Shown here: positions 10,266 through 21,247 of the stretch, in pieces | Position numbering within the stretch: position 1 is the stretch's first letter | Layout of the letters: each line of letters starts with the position of its first letter | Position numbers and translations under genes: made by a program | The notes under the pieces: generated by a model | Databases searched by the model: none | Seen by the model: the letters and a program-made list of their open reading frames with translations, nothing else | Told to the model about the DNA's origin: nothing | Origin: Bacteroidales bacterium UBA1715 | Lineage (GTDB): Bacteria; Bacteroidota; Bacteroidia; Bacteroidales; UBA1715 | Assembly: GCA_002317135.1 (NCBI GenBank) | Contig: DCIX01000010.1 | Location: 1,637 to 65,636, forward strand | Direction: 5' to 3' | Length of the DNA: 64,000 nt

Positions 10266-10769
10266 TTATTTTCTTAAAATAAATTGTTCGCAGACAAACA
10301 GCACCAACATAGTAAGAAATATGTTTATACACATTCTTACCATCATAAATCCAATTTGCTCAGACAAAAATGTAAAGCAGAAATACAATACAATATGATG
10401 TATTGTAACACAAGCAAACAGATATTTCAATGCCCAAGTTGCACCAAAATTGGCAATAATTGGAGTCGGATTTGCCTCATATCCTTGTCGAGGTTGTAAT
10501 AATTTTAGCACAGTTGGTCGTACAAATGCCATCGCTACCGAAGCACAAGAATGAACGCCAAGTGAATTTACCGACAAATCAACAAAAAAACCTACAACAA
10601 AAGACAAAAATAGAATCAATGTTGGCGATAGGTTTACTGGCAAAACAAGTATGAATAACAAATACAAGTACGGAGAAATCATACCTATTGCAGGAATGTT
10701 GTTGAAGATAAGCACCTGCAACAACAACACACAGAGGAATATTATACTATATCGAACAATTTTCTCCAT
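10266..10769 (-). CDS. mreD: Rod shape-determining protein MreD
   Basis: 167 aa multi-TM protein positioned between mreC and mrdA. Confidence 0.8.
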   Translation of the reverse strand: MEKIVRYSIIFLCVLLLQVLIFNNIPAIGMISPYLYLLFILVLPVNLSPTLILFLSFVVGFFVDLSVNSLGVHSCASVAMAFVRPTVLKLLQPRQGYEANPTPIIANFGATWALKYLFACVTIHHIVLYFCFTFLSEQIGFMMVRMCINIFLTMLVLFVCEQFILRK

Positions 10770-11587
10770 TACTGTACAGCACCTTCAAGTCTTTCTCGTT
10801 CTTCTTTAAATAAATCTTTTACAACATACACATAATCAATGCGTTTGAAGTCAGTTGACAAGCGAACTTCGGCAGAGAAGAAATTATCATTTTGATAATA
10901 CGACTCAACTGTTCCCACCATAATTTCACTTGGGAATAAATTCGAATATGAGTTTGTAACTAATGTATCGCCCACATTTATGATTGCGTGCAACGGAATC
11001 TCTTCTAATATTGCCGTTTTGTAGTCCTGTCCGTCCCAGGTTAATGAGCCGTAGAAACCAGACTTCTTCAATTTCGTACTAACACGGAATTGCGGATTCA
11101 GCACAGTCATTATCAATGAGAAATTCTGCGAAGTACGAACAACCACACCGACAATTCCCATAGGGCAGATTACCGCCATATCCTTACGAATACCTTGTCG
11201 CCAGCCCTTATTTATAGTAATAAAATTCTTTGGCTTATTTACCGAATTATTCAAAACCTTAGCGGCGATATATTCATATTGCTGTTGATATGCGGTATCA
11301 ACAACCTTTGTTGCCGTAAAGGAATTGTTATACTTTGAAAATTCCTGATTTGCGTACAATCTGCCATTCTCTTCTACAAGACGCTGATTCGCAAAACGCA
11401 AGTAAAAGTATTTCGTAATACCTTCTGAAATAGAGTAAATTCTACCTTGAAACGCATTCGAAAGTGCTCCAAATCGACTTTTTTGTGGTTCGTTGAAATT
11501 GACAATCAGAGTGATAGAAACTATTTGCAATAGTATAAAAAGCAAGATAAAACTATACTTTCCAATAAATGCAAATAGGTTCCTCAT
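10769..11587 (-). CDS. mreC: Rod shape-determining protein MreC
   Basis: 272 aa with an N-terminal TM segment, a coiled segment and a beta-rich C-terminus. It follows mreB. Confidence 0.85.
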   Translation of the reverse strand: MRNLFAFIGKYSFILLFILLQIVSITLIVNFNEPQKSRFGALSNAFQGRIYSISEGITKYFYLRFANQRLVEENGRLYANQEFSKYNNSFTATKVVDTAYQQQYEYIAAKVLNNSVNKPKNFITINKGWRQGIRKDMAVICPMGIVGVVVRTSQNFSLIMTVLNPQFRVSTKLKKSGFYGSLTWDGQDYKTAILEEIPLHAIINVGDTLVTNSYSNLFPSEIMVGTVESYYQNDNFFSAEVRLSTDFKRIDYVYVVKDLFKEERERLEGAVQ

Positions 11588-11602
11588 CTGTATATAGTAT
11601 CA

Positions 11603-12625
11603 TTATCGAATCAAGAATTTGAACTTGTCAATATTCTTCAACGCATAACCTGTACCACGAGCAACTGAGTGTAGTGGATCTTCGGCAACCTTGAATTTAA
11701 TACCTGTTCTTTTCTCCAAACGAATATCAAGACCTTTCAATAAAGCACCACCACCAGTTAACCAAATTCCGTCACGAGAAATGTCGGAATACAATTCTGC
11801 AGGAGTTGCTTCCAAAGCAGCGATAATGGCATTCTCAATAGAGTTAAGCGATTCATCTAGCCATTGTGCTGTTTGCATATACGAAACATTTACATCCAAT
11901 GGTTTAGCCGACACCAAGTGAGAACCTTTTACCATATAATCTGCTGGTGGATTTTCCAACTCGTCAACAGCGGCACCAACATGGATTTTAATTTCTTCGG
12001 CTGTACGTTCACCAATTTTAATATTTTCACTTGAACGAAGATTTTCTTGAATCTTAGAAGTGAACACATCACCGGCAATCTTAATAGACTTATCGCATAC
12101 GATACCACCCAAAGAAATCACAGCGATTTCTGTTGTACCACCACCGATATCTACAATCATGTGACCTTGTGGCTCTTCAACATCCAAGCCGATACCAAGA
12201 GCAGCAGCCATAGGTTCGTGGATCATATATACCTCACGACCACCAGCATTTTCAGCAGAGTCACGAACGGCACGAAGTTCCACTTCAGTACAACCTGAAG
12301 GAATACAAACAACGATTTTTAATGAAGGAGTAAACAAAGGTGTTTTTTCCTGCATCATCTTAATCATACCACGGATCATAATTTCCGCACAGTTAAAGTC
12401 CGCAATCACACCATCCTTCATCGGACGAACAACCTTAATACCTGAGTGGTTCTTACCCATCATCTGACGAGCTTTCTTACCAATAGCAACAGGTTGTAGT
12501 GTGTGACTATCCAAAGCAACGATACTTGGTTCGTCAACAACGATTTTATCGTCTTGAATTATAATGGTATTTGCCGTACCTAAATCTATAGCAATTTCTT
12601 GCGAAAGAAATGAAAATAATCCCAT
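11603..12625 (-). CDS. mreB: Rod shape-determining actin homologue MreB
   Basis: 340 aa. IAIDLGTANT, DIGGGTTE and LTGGGALL actin-fold phosphate motifs. Confidence 0.97.
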   Translation of the reverse strand: MGLFSFLSQEIAIDLGTANTIIIQDDKIVVDEPSIVALDSHTLQPVAIGKKARQMMGKNHSGIKVVRPMKDGVIADFNCAEIMIRGMIKMMQEKTPLFTPSLKIVVCIPSGCTEVELRAVRDSAENAGGREVYMIHEPMAAALGIGLDVEEPQGHMIVDIGGGTTEIAVISLGGIVCDKSIKIAGDVFTSKIQENLRSSENIKIGERTAEEIKIHVGAAVDELENPPADYMVKGSHLVSAKPLDVNVSYMQTAQWLDESLNSIENAIIAALEATPAELYSDISRDGIWLTGGGALLKGLDIRLEKRTGIKFKVAEDPLHSVARGTGYALKNIDKFKFLIR

Positions 12626-12631
12626 AATCTA

Positions 12632-14221
12632 TTAATGTTTAAAGTGTCTTCTACCAGTGAATACCATAGCGATATCAAACTTGTTGCAAGCATCAATAAC
12701 TTCTTCGTCACGAATACTACCACCTGGTTGTACGATGTATTTAATACCATACTCATTACAAACCTCTACGCTATCGCTGAATGGGAAGAATGCATCTGAA
12801 ATTAATACTGAGTCTTCGATTTTACATCCATCTTTCAAGTTGAAACGAGGAATTGTCAAAAGACGCAAACTATCAATACGGTTTGGTTGACCCATACCTG
12901 CACCTGTTAACCAATATGAGCCATCTTCTGCTTGTGAAACAAGTGACATTGAGTTACTCTTAAGGTATTTACAAGCTTGTGTTCCGAATTTAGCCAAATC
13001 GAGTTGCTTTTCAGAGAATACTTTGCTTGTAACTGGTTTATATTCAGTATCCATACCTTCATCTTCGTCTTGTACCAAAAGACCTCCATTTACAGAACGA
13101 TATAACTTTTCACCCGTAATTGCTGGTTTTACTGGAGTAACCAATACACGAAGATTTTTCTTCTTAGCCAAAATTTCTTTTGCTTCTTCTGAATAAGAAG
13201 GAGCTATCATGATTTCGATAAACTTACCAGTGAACCAATTTGCGATTTCAGCATTTACCTCACAAGTAAAACATACAATACCTCCGTATGCACTTACAGG
13301 ATCACCAGCCCAAGCCAATTCCAATGCTCTCATTGGTGTGCTTGCTACTGCCAAACCACAAGGATTCAAGTGTTTAACTACAGAAACTGCAACTTTATTT
13401 GGAACATTTGATACAGAATTATATGCATCACTTGCAGCTTTCCAAGCAGCATCTGCGTCAAGCATATTGTTGTAAGAGATTTCTTTCCCTTGTAGGCAAG
13501 GTGAATTTGCCAAAGTATGTTCTAAACCTGTGTTTGCAAATTGATAGAACACTGCTTTTTGGTGAGGGTTTTCACCATAACGAAGAACCTTACCGTTAGT
13601 CAAACTAATCTTTTCAGAACCTTCATTTCCTTGGTTAAAGTAGTTAAAGATTGCTGAATCATAGTGTGAAGAAACATTGAAAGCATCGCAAGCGAAACTC
13701 TTTCTGTCTTCTAATGAACTAACACCTTTCTTTTCTGCCAAAAGAGTGTCTAACTTACCATATTGTTGTTTTGATGCAACGATAATAACATCCTTGAAAT
13801 TCTTAGCTGCAGCACGAATCAATGAAATACCACCGATATCTATCTTTTCAATAATATCTTGTTCAGAAGCACCCGATGCAACTGTTTGTTCAAATGGATA
13901 CAAGTCAACAATAACCAAGTCAATTTCTGGAATTTCATATTTTGCCATTTGTTCTTGGTCACCTTCGTTATCACGACGACCCAAGATTCCACCAAATACT
14001 TTTGGATGAAGAGTTTTTACACGACCACCAAGAATTGATGGATATGTTGTTAAACTTTCAACAGCAGTTACTTTACAACCCAAACCTTCCAAGAATGTTT
14101 GTGTACCACCTGTTGAATAAAATGTAATTCCTAACTCTTTCAGTTTTAATACGATACTATCAAGACCGTCTTTGTGAAATACTGAAATTAACGCTGATTT
14201 AATTTGTTTATCTGAACTCAT
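12632..14221 (-). CDS. purH: Bifunctional AICAR formyltransferase / IMP cyclohydrolase
   Basis: 529 aa. SVFHKDGL...STGGT...GRVKTLHPKVFGGIL N-domain, and an AICARFT C-domain ending RHFKH. Confidence 0.95.
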   Translation of the reverse strand: MSSDKQIKSALISVFHKDGLDSIVLKLKELGITFYSTGGTQTFLEGLGCKVTAVESLTTYPSILGGRVKTLHPKVFGGILGRRDNEGDQEQMAKYEIPEIDLVIVDLYPFEQTVASGASEQDIIEKIDIGGISLIRAAAKNFKDVIIVASKQQYGKLDTLLAEKKGVSSLEDRKSFACDAFNVSSHYDSAIFNYFNQGNEGSEKISLTNGKVLRYGENPHQKAVFYQFANTGLEHTLANSPCLQGKEISYNNMLDADAAWKAASDAYNSVSNVPNKVAVSVVKHLNPCGLAVASTPMRALELAWAGDPVSAYGGIVCFTCEVNAEIANWFTGKFIEIMIAPSYSEEAKEILAKKKNLRVLVTPVKPAITGEKLYRSVNGGLLVQDEDEGMDTEYKPVTSKVFSEKQLDLAKFGTQACKYLKSNSMSLVSQAEDGSYWLTGAGMGQPNRIDSLRLLTIPRFNLKDGCKIEDSVLISDAFFPFSDSVEVCNEYGIKYIVQPGGSIRDEEVIDACNKFDIAMVFTGRRHFKH

Positions 14222-14269
14222 TGTACTGATTTTTTGCTCCCTACAAAAGTAAAATTTTATCTTTTATTA

Positions 14270-15277
14270 TTAGTTTTTGAATACATATTTCCTCACATAA
14301 ATATTTGAACCTACCTCCAACACATTGTTCAAGTCTGCTTTATTGATTTTTGCAAGACGTTCAGCCTTCATTCCATACAACTGAGAAATCGTATAGAATG
14401 TCTCGCCATCACGAACAGTGTGTGTCATATATTTACTATCGGCACGCATTGCTTTCTCTTCGAGATACACCATTGTGCCTTCTTGTAAATCTTGACCAGG
14501 AGTAAATTCATTTATTGCGAACAACTTCCACATTGGAACGCCAAATTTCTGCGATATTGTATAAATCGTTTCATTTTTCTCCAATATCACGAATTTCTTA
14601 TGATTGTTCTTGTATACTCGTTTGCCGTGTTTTGTTGCAATTGGTTCACTTGTCCATGGTGTAGGAGCTTCAATTGTTGATGTTGGAGCATCGCCTTTAA
14701 CAACAACCGTTTTTTCTTTTTCTTCAACTTTTTCCTTCTTCGTCTTTTTATCGAACATTTCAGGAGTCATTGCATCGTATTTCTGCAAATTATTGTCCTC
14801 AATAATCTTTATCAACATTTTTGGATACTCTGGATTTGTTGCATAACCGGCACGCTTCAAGCCGTATGCCCAAGAAGTATAATCACCTTTGTCAAAGTCA
14901 AATAAAAAGGCATAACGTTGCCCGTTTCTCAAAAAATTTGAATGGTCAACATACGAATCATACACCTGATCGTATACTCGGAAACATTCTCCCTTGGCAT
15001 CATCATCGTGATACACACGCTTGCCTTGCCATGAACTATGGCATTTTATGCCAAAATGGTTATTCGATGCTATTGACAAATCACTGTTCCCATTGTTTGA
15101 CTCCAAACATGCTTGTGCCAAAGTAATACTCGCAGGAATTCCCACACGCTGCATCTCTTGAACGGCTAATTTCGCATATTTTTCGATATATTCTTCTCGT
15201 GTTAATTTTGCATTTTGAGCAATACAAACAACTGAAACCCAGCATATTGTAAGAATTATCGAAATCGTTCTTTTCAT
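14270..15277 (-). CDS. Secreted GH73 N-acetylglucosaminidase domain protein with two LysM repeats
   Basis: Signal peptide, then SITLAQACLESNNG...NHFGIKC (glucosaminidase), and two C-terminal LysM-like repeats (YTISQKFGV..., YTISQLYGM...). Start taken at CAT 15275-15277. Confidence 0.8.
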   Translation of the reverse strand: MKRTISIILTICWVSVVCIAQNAKLTREEYIEKYAKLAVQEMQRVGIPASITLAQACLESNNGNSDLSIASNNHFGIKCHSSWQGKRVYHDDDAKGECFRVYDQVYDSYVDHSNFLRNGQRYAFLFDFDKGDYTSWAYGLKRAGYATNPEYPKMLIKIIEDNNLQKYDAMTPEMFDKKTKKEKVEEKEKTVVVKGDAPTSTIEAPTPWTSEPIATKHGKRVYKNNHKKFVILEKNETIYTISQKFGVPMWKLFAINEFTPGQDLQEGTMVYLEEKAMRADSKYMTHTVRDGETFYTISQLYGMKAERLAKINKADLNNVLEVGSNIYVRKYVFKN

Positions 15278-15414
15278 TTGAGTGAGATTGAAATACCTAT
15301 TTTTTGACGCTTTCAAAATTACAGATGTTCAAAAAATATATGTGCGTATTTCTTCAAAAGAATTTCACAAGTTATCAAACTTTATTCACAATTGTTATAA
15401 AGTTTGTGACCTGA

Positions 15415-16716
15415 TTACAGTCGTGTGAAATCCATCACCAACGCATAGAAGAAAATAGCGAAAATTATAGCCATTCCTATCATCTGTGCATTCTCCAAAA
15501 ACGAATCGCTCGGCTTTTTACGAGCAACTAATTCGTATAAAAGAAATAACAAATGACCACCATCTAATCCTGGAATTGGTAATATGTTCATAAAAGCAAG
15601 TATCACAGAAAATAAGGCAGCCAATGACCAGAAACTTCTCCAGTTCCAAGTTTCGTCGTACAATTTTCCCATAGAGACAAAACTACCGACTTGCTTTGAA
15701 CCTTCTTTTGTGAACACCAACTTGAATTGCTTAATATAAAACACAAGCGTATTTGCTCCCATTTTTATTCCCTCAGGGATAGATTGCAAAAGCGTATAGT
15801 TTTCGGTCTTTAATTCAAACAAATCATACGCCGATTTTGTCCATGCCCCAATCTTACCTTCTGGCGAAATCGTAATCGGAATTTTCTCTTCATATCCGTG
15901 ACGCGAAACTGTCAATTCAACCTCTTTGTTTTTGTATTGCGAGATTGTTTTTACAAAGTCATAGAATGCTGGAGTTTTAATTGAATCAACCGCTATAATT
16001 CTATCATTTACACGAAGTTTCGATTTTTCCGCAGGCGTATTTGGCATGATAGAATCTATAATAAAAGGAACATTTTCCGTAATAAAAAATGACTGTTGAT
16101 TAGCAATTATTTGCTCACCTATTCCTTCGGGAATTGGAACCTCAACTGTACGACCATTTCGGTCAACAACAATTTTGTCGGATTTATCTAACAAAATCAT
16201 ACTTACAGCTTCACCCAAAGTTGCTGGAACTTTATCGTTTACTTGCAAAATCTTATCGCCATTCTGCAGACCCATGTTCAAAGCAACTGAATCACAATAA
16301 ATTCCGTATTCAAGGTTTTGCAATGGAAGCGTTGTTTTGCCCCATGTAAATGAAATTGCCGCATAAATTAGAATTGCCGTAATAAAATTGTTTATTACAC
16401 CACCGGTAATGATTAACATCCTCTGATACAATGGTCTACTTCGATATTCCCATGGTTGCGGTTCCGAATTCAATGATTCCGTATCCATAGACTCATCAAC
16501 CATACCTGCTATCTTACAATATCCTCCCAAAGGAAGCCAACCTATTCCATATTCTGTTTCTCCCACTTTACGTTTGTATAACGAAAACCATGGGTTAAAA
16601 AACAAATAGAATTTATCTACGCGGACGCCAAAGATTTTCGCCCACATAAAATGACCAAGTTCATGGACGAAAACAAGCAAAGTTAAAGTTACTAATAATT
16701 GAATGGTTTGCATCAT
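15415..16716 (-). CDS. rseP: Site-2 zinc metalloprotease RseP
   Basis: HELGHF motif, PDZ-like central region, and NILPIPGLDGGH C-terminal motif. Confidence 0.9.
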   Translation of the reverse strand: MMQTIQLLVTLTLLVFVHELGHFMWAKIFGVRVDKFYLFFNPWFSLYKRKVGETEYGIGWLPLGGYCKIAGMVDESMDTESLNSEPQPWEYRSRPLYQRMLIITGGVINNFITAILIYAAISFTWGKTTLPLQNLEYGIYCDSVALNMGLQNGDKILQVNDKVPATLGEAVSMILLDKSDKIVVDRNGRTVEVPIPEGIGEQIIANQQSFFITENVPFIIDSIMPNTPAEKSKLRVNDRIIAVDSIKTPAFYDFVKTISQYKNKEVELTVSRHGYEEKIPITISPEGKIGAWTKSAYDLFELKTENYTLLQSIPEGIKMGANTLVFYIKQFKLVFTKEGSKQVGSFVSMGKLYDETWNWRSFWSLAALFSVILAFMNILPIPGLDGGHLLFLLYELVARKKPSDSFLENAQMIGMAIIFAIFFYALVMDFTRL

Positions 16717-17867
16717 AACAACGACTGTGCGTATTTCATTGATTCTTCGTGTGTTTCAACATAATCTTGAAGCGTTGGTTCAATTACAAAAGATATATGT
16801 TGCATAGTTTTTTCTATCAAATCAGACATGCCGAAAAATGAAATCTCATCTTTTAGAAATGCTGCTACGGCAACCTCATTGGCAGCATTCATAATACATG
16901 GCATATTACCTCCTTGTTCTATTGCAGACAATGCAATATCCAAGTTTCTGAAATTCTTTCTGTCTGGTTTCTCAAACGTAAGATTACCCAATGCAAACAA
17001 ATCGGTGCGTGGATAGCTTGCCTTTAGTCGTTCAGGGAAACTAAAAGCATATTGTATAGGAATACGCATATCTGGAGCACCTAACTGTGCCTTAATCGAG
17101 CCGTCTTCAAACTGTACTGCCGAATGCACAATAGACTGCGGATGTACCAATACTTCAATATTCTTGGCAGGCATATTGAACAACCATTTTGCCTCAATCA
17201 CTTCCAAACCTTTGTTCATCAATGAGGCTGAGTCAATCGTTACTTTTGCACCCATACTCCAATTTGGGTGTTTCAATGCTTGAGCCTTTGTAACGGTAGC
17301 TAATTGCTCTGCAGAAAATCCTCTAAATGGTCCGCCAGATGCAGTCAAAAGAAGTTTTTCCGCCTTATTTCCACATTGAATTTCGCCTTGCAAACATTGG
17401 TAAATAGCAGAATGTTCAGAATCAACAGGAATGATTGCAGATTTTGGATGTTGTGTAAGCAATTTATTTACTAACTGACCTGCTACCACAAGCACTTCCT
17501 TATTTGCCAAGGCGATAATTTTATCGTGTTCTATCGCGTGGATAATTGGTGCCAAACCTGCATAACCAACAAGTGCACCAAGAACCATATCAACAGAACT
17601 CATCTCTACCACATCCTTCAAAGAATCCGGACCAGTAAAGACTTTTATCATCTCGTCCTTGAGTTGCTCCGCAACATATTCGTATTTTTCAGGATTAGAA
17701 ATAACAACAACATTTGGATTGAACTTCTTCGCTTGTTCTATCAGCAAATCTGCGTTATTATGTGCAGTCAAAACCTCAACCGAAAATTCCTTCGGATGAC
17801 GTGATATAACATCCAATGCCTGTGTTCCAATAGAACCTGTTGAACCTAAAAGTGCTATTCTTTTCAT
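16713..17867 (-). CDS. dxr: 1-deoxy-D-xylulose 5-phosphate reductoisomerase
   Basis: MKRIALLGSTGSIGTQAL NADPH motif. The ATGA overlap with the rseP start shows that TGA is used as a stop. Start taken at CAT 17865-17867. Confidence 0.93.
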   Translation of the reverse strand: MKRIALLGSTGSIGTQALDVISRHPKEFSVEVLTAHNNADLLIEQAKKFNPNVVVISNPEKYEYVAEQLKDEMIKVFTGPDSLKDVVEMSSVDMVLGALVGYAGLAPIIHAIEHDKIIALANKEVLVVAGQLVNKLLTQHPKSAIIPVDSEHSAIYQCLQGEIQCGNKAEKLLLTASGGPFRGFSAEQLATVTKAQALKHPNWSMGAKVTIDSASLMNKGLEVIEAKWLFNMPAKNIEVLVHPQSIVHSAVQFEDGSIKAQLGAPDMRIPIQYAFSFPERLKASYPRTDLFALGNLTFEKPDRKNFRNLDIALSAIEQGGNMPCIMNAANEVAVAAFLKDEISFFGMSDLIEKTMQHISFVIEPTLQDYVETHEESMKYAQSLL

Positions 17868-17869
17868 TC

Positions 17870-18766
17870 TTAGTATACTATATAATTCTCTGAATTGACT
17901 GGTTTGCCTTCGTGCCACAATTCAAAATGAAGATGTGGGCCAAGGGTTAAATCGCCCGTATTCCCCAACAAGGCAATTCCTTCGCCAGCCTTAACTTGAT
18001 CTCCAGCTTGTTTCAATAACTTCGAGTTATGTTTATACACAGAAATAAAATTGTTGCTATGTTGAATCATAATAACATAGCCAGTTTCAATTGTCCAAGT
18101 TGATAGCAATACCGTGCCATCCAAAACAGAATGGATAATACTATTTTCGGCAGCAACAACATCGGTACCAAAGTGACCTTGGCTAAAATTACTTGAAACA
18201 ACACCAGAAACTGGTGGATAGAAAAATAAGTTTTCTATTCTCACACCAGCTGTTTTTGAATGGAAGTTAACATTCAACGCTTCACTTTCCTGAATTTCCA
18301 TACGCATCATTGAATCCGCAGGAGAAATGTCGAAATTAAGATTTGCATAATTCTCCGTCTGCTGAACAATAATAGAATCAATTGCAGCATACTCCGAAGG
18401 ATCGTCTCCACTTAAAATTGTTTCCAAAACCTGCATTTTCTGGGCATACAACTTCATTTGATATTCCAAGGAATCAACAAGTTCGGCATTGTGTTCAATC
18501 TTTTCGCGTTCTTCCAATTCAGGATAATTCGGAATAATATATTCCTTAATTGGCGTGTAGGCAATTATGAGATACACCACCAAAATCAAAAATAACGAAA
18601 GCGTAGCAACAATAAGAAATACGTTATGGATAGACAAACGAAACGAAACAATATGGGCAAATGTTTTCTCGTTGGTAATAGTCAATCGATACTTCATACG
18701 AAGTTTCTTCCAACGTAAAGCCCGTTTTTGTTTTCCTGTCAGTTTTTTCTTATCTGCCATCTTCAA
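17870..18766 (-). CDS. M23 family metallopeptidase (membrane anchored)
   Basis: N-terminal TM segment and a C-terminal [19 protein letters not shown]23 signature. Confidence 0.85.
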   Translation of the reverse strand: MKMADKKKLTGKQKRALRWKKLRMKYRLTITNEKTFAHIVSFRLSIHNVFLIVATLSLFLILVVYLIIAYTPIKEYIIPNYPELEEREKIEHNAELVDSLEYQMKLYAQKMQVLETILSGDDPSEYAAIDSIIVQQTENYANLNFDISPADSMMRMEIQESEALNVNFHSKTAGVRIENLFFYPPVSGVVSSNFSQGHFGTDVVAAENSIIHSVLDGTVLLSTWTIETGYVIMIQHSNNFISVYKHNSKLLKQAGDQVKAGEGIALLGNTGDLTLGPHLHFELWHEGKPVNSENYIVY

Positions 18767-19415
18767 TAATTTTTCCGTCTTCCATTTTTATAACGCGGTC
18801 TGAAATTGCCGCCAAGTTATCATCGTGCGTTACAATCACAAATGTTTGATTAAATGTGTCACGCAAGCGAAGTAATAACTCGTGTAATTCTTTTTTATTG
18901 TGTGAGTCAAGATTTCCCGAAGGTTCATCGGCAAAAACCACGGCTGGATTATTCATAATTGCTCGGGCAACCGCAACGCGTTGTTGTTCTCCACCCGACA
19001 TTTCCGCTGGTTTATGCGTCATTCGTTCCGAAAGATTCAAAAAATCCAATAACTCTTTTGCTCGTGTCTCGCATTGTTTGCCACTTTTCCCTTGTATCAT
19101 TGCTGGCAGACAAACATTCTCCAACGCCGTAAATTCTGGCAATAATTGGTGGAACTGAAACACAAAACCAATATGTTCGTTGCGAAATGTAGCAAGTTCT
19201 TTTTCTTTCAATTTGCCGACATCTGTCCCCAATATAGAAAGCGTTCCTTCGTCAGCATTGAGCAACGTTCCCATAATCTGAAGCAAAGTCGTTTTCCCCG
19301 CACCACTTTTACCTACAATTGAAACAATCTCACCACTCGCAACATCCAAATCAATTCCATTAAGCACTGGTAAAGTTCCAAACGATTTTCGTATGTTTCG
19401 TGTCTCTATAATCAT
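18750..19415 (-). CDS. lolD: ABC transporter ATP-binding protein, LolD/FtsE-like
   Basis: Walker [10 protein letters not shown], signature MSGGEQQR, Walker [13 protein letters not shown]. Start taken at CAT 19413-19415. Confidence 0.75.
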   Translation of the reverse strand: MIIETRNIRKSFGTLPVLNGIDLDVASGEIVSIVGKSGAGKTTLLQIMGTLLNADEGTLSILGTDVGKLKEKELATFRNEHIGFVFQFHQLLPEFTALENVCLPAMIQGKSGKQCETRAKELLDFLNLSERMTHKPAEMSGGEQQRVAVARAIMNNPAVVFADEPSGNLDSHNKKELHELLLRLRDTFNQTFVIVTHDDNLAAISDRVIKMEDGKIIEDGR

Positions 19416-19444
19416 ACTGCAAAGTAACAAAAAATATGGTTTGA

Positions 19445-20491
19445 TTAATAACCTTCTTTGTTCAACCATTTTTGATATTCGGTCGCATACAAAAGATGCT
19501 TGGCGAATGTTGACGAAAAGTTACTATAACCAGAATAATTTGGTTGTGCACAGAAGTAATAATAATTATGATGCTCGTAATTCAACACCGCATCGATGCC
19601 GGCTTTCGAAGGAATGCAGATTGGGCCTGGAGGCAGACCTTTCCATTCGTATGTACTGTATGGGGACGATTTTGCACGTTCAATATGACCTTTGCGTACA
19701 CGTTTTATTTCAAAATCGTTCAATGCAAATTTAATTGTTGGATCGGCTTGTAACTTTCCTGCCGTTTCATTTCCATTCAATCGATTCATGTAAACTCCGG
19801 CAATTTTTGGTTTTTCATCATTGTGGCGAGTTTCCTGATCAACTATGGAAGCCAGCGTCATAACTTCTTGTGGAGTAAGCCCGATTTGCTTCGCCTTTGC
19901 CAAACGTTTCTCTGTCCAAAATTTATTGTATTCTTTAGCCATACGTTCCATAAACTGACGCGCCGAAGTATTCCAATAGAATTCGTATGTGTCGGGCATG
20001 AAAAGACAAATAATTGTTTCTCGTTTAAATCCCAATGAATCAATAAAATCTCTGTCGCGGCACAAATCCGAAAGCTCCTCATAACTTGCTTCCAATTTCG
20101 TCGAAGCAAGTTGTAACACTTCGTCGTAATGGCGGGCATTTGTTATGACAACATCAACCGTTTTTCTCTTGCCGGAACGGAATAATCGCACAACATCGAA
20201 CGCCGACATTCCATCGGTCAATTCATACATTCCTGGGTAAATATGATCTTCTAAATCAAGGACTTTAGCTACAATCTGCAAGCCAGTAACATTGCCAACC
20301 TGTAACTTTTGCTCTAACTTATTTGTAATGTCTTCTACATTAGAATTAGTTTCTATAGCAAAATTCATCTTCCCTTCGGATATAGACACACATTTCCCCA
20401 AAACAACCATCGCCAAATATCCGCCTACAATTGCAACTAATGCTACAATTCCCAACAAGATAGGTGCAACAGATGACTTCTTCTTTCCCAT
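19445..20491 (-). CDS. mltG: Endolytic murein transglycosylase MltG (YceG family)
   Basis: 348 aa with a single N-terminal TM segment and YceG-like C-terminal conservation (LQADPTIKF..., [14 protein letters not shown]). Confidence 0.85.
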   Translation of the reverse strand: MGKKKSSVAPILLGIVALVAIVGGYLAMVVLGKCVSISEGKMNFAIETNSNVEDITNKLEQKLQVGNVTGLQIVAKVLDLEDHIYPGMYELTDGMSAFDVVRLFRSGKRKTVDVVITNARHYDEVLQLASTKLEASYEELSDLCRDRDFIDSLGFKRETIICLFMPDTYEFYWNTSARQFMERMAKEYNKFWTEKRLAKAKQIGLTPQEVMTLASIVDQETRHNDEKPKIAGVYMNRLNGNETAGKLQADPTIKFALNDFEIKRVRKGHIERAKSSPYSTYEWKGLPPGPICIPSKAGIDAVLNYEHHNYYYFCAQPNYSGYSNFSSTFAKHLLYATEYQKWLNKEGY

Positions 20492-20494
20492 ATT

Positions 20495-21166
20495 TTATTC
20501 TGTAATTAGTGGTTTCCAAACATCTGCATGTAATTCACCAAATACTCCTTGTAAAGATTTAACTATCAAATCCTTTATAGTCATATCTGCTTTACTACAT
20601 ACTTCCGACATAGTATCATCAATAAATTCCATTACCGTAGTTACATCAAGTCTCCATATATCTCTTTCCTTATTAAAATTAAGGAAAATCGGCGTTTCCT
20701 TTTTTTCAACTAAACATTGTGCCTGGGCAGAATTGCCATAGACAGAAATGTCACCCAATGTCCACTTTGGAGGATTAATCAAACCAAGATTCACACTTGT
20801 CACATAAAAAGTCGTACCATCTAAATTTGCAATATCTAGTTCTATTTTTTTAGACAAATACAGCTGTCGGAAATTCAACACACAAACCATTTCTGAAAAT
20901 GCCAAAGCGGCTACCTGCGACGAATCAGCAGTCTTTATTAAATTTACCATTGAATCATAGTATGCAATAGATTTACTGTCAAGGCATAGTACGGCTATTT
21001 CCCCTTCTTTGTCTGAAACAGCTTTTACATAATTCAAATACGCTCCCTTTACCTGTGCCTTAACTTGCTTTGCATCTTTGCCTTGCGCAAACGACAATTG
21101 AATAGCACAGAAAAAACAAAGTATTCCAATTAATGAAAATTTCCCTACAAAGTTTAGTAGTTTCAT
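20495..21166 (-). CDS. Hypothetical secreted protein
   Basis: Signal-peptide-like N-terminus and no recognised motif. The 5' end sits in a 24-bp tandem duplication, so the start could be 21166 or 21190. Confidence 0.6.
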   Translation of the reverse strand: MKLLNFVGKFSLIGILCFFCAIQLSFAQGKDAKQVKAQVKGAYLNYVKAVSDKEGEIAVLCLDSKSIAYYDSMVNLIKTADSSQVAALAFSEMVCVLNFRQLYLSKKIELDIANLDGTTFYVTSVNLGLINPPKWTLGDISVYGNSAQAQCLVEKKETPIFLNFNKERDIWRLDVTTVMEFIDDTMSEVCSKADMTIKDLIVKSLQGVFGELHADVWKPLITE

Positions 21167-21247
21167 TTTTACAAAATTTAGTAGTTTCATTTTTACAAAG
21201 GAAAGGAAAAAAGATTAAAAATAAATACCTTTGCAAAAAATCAATCT

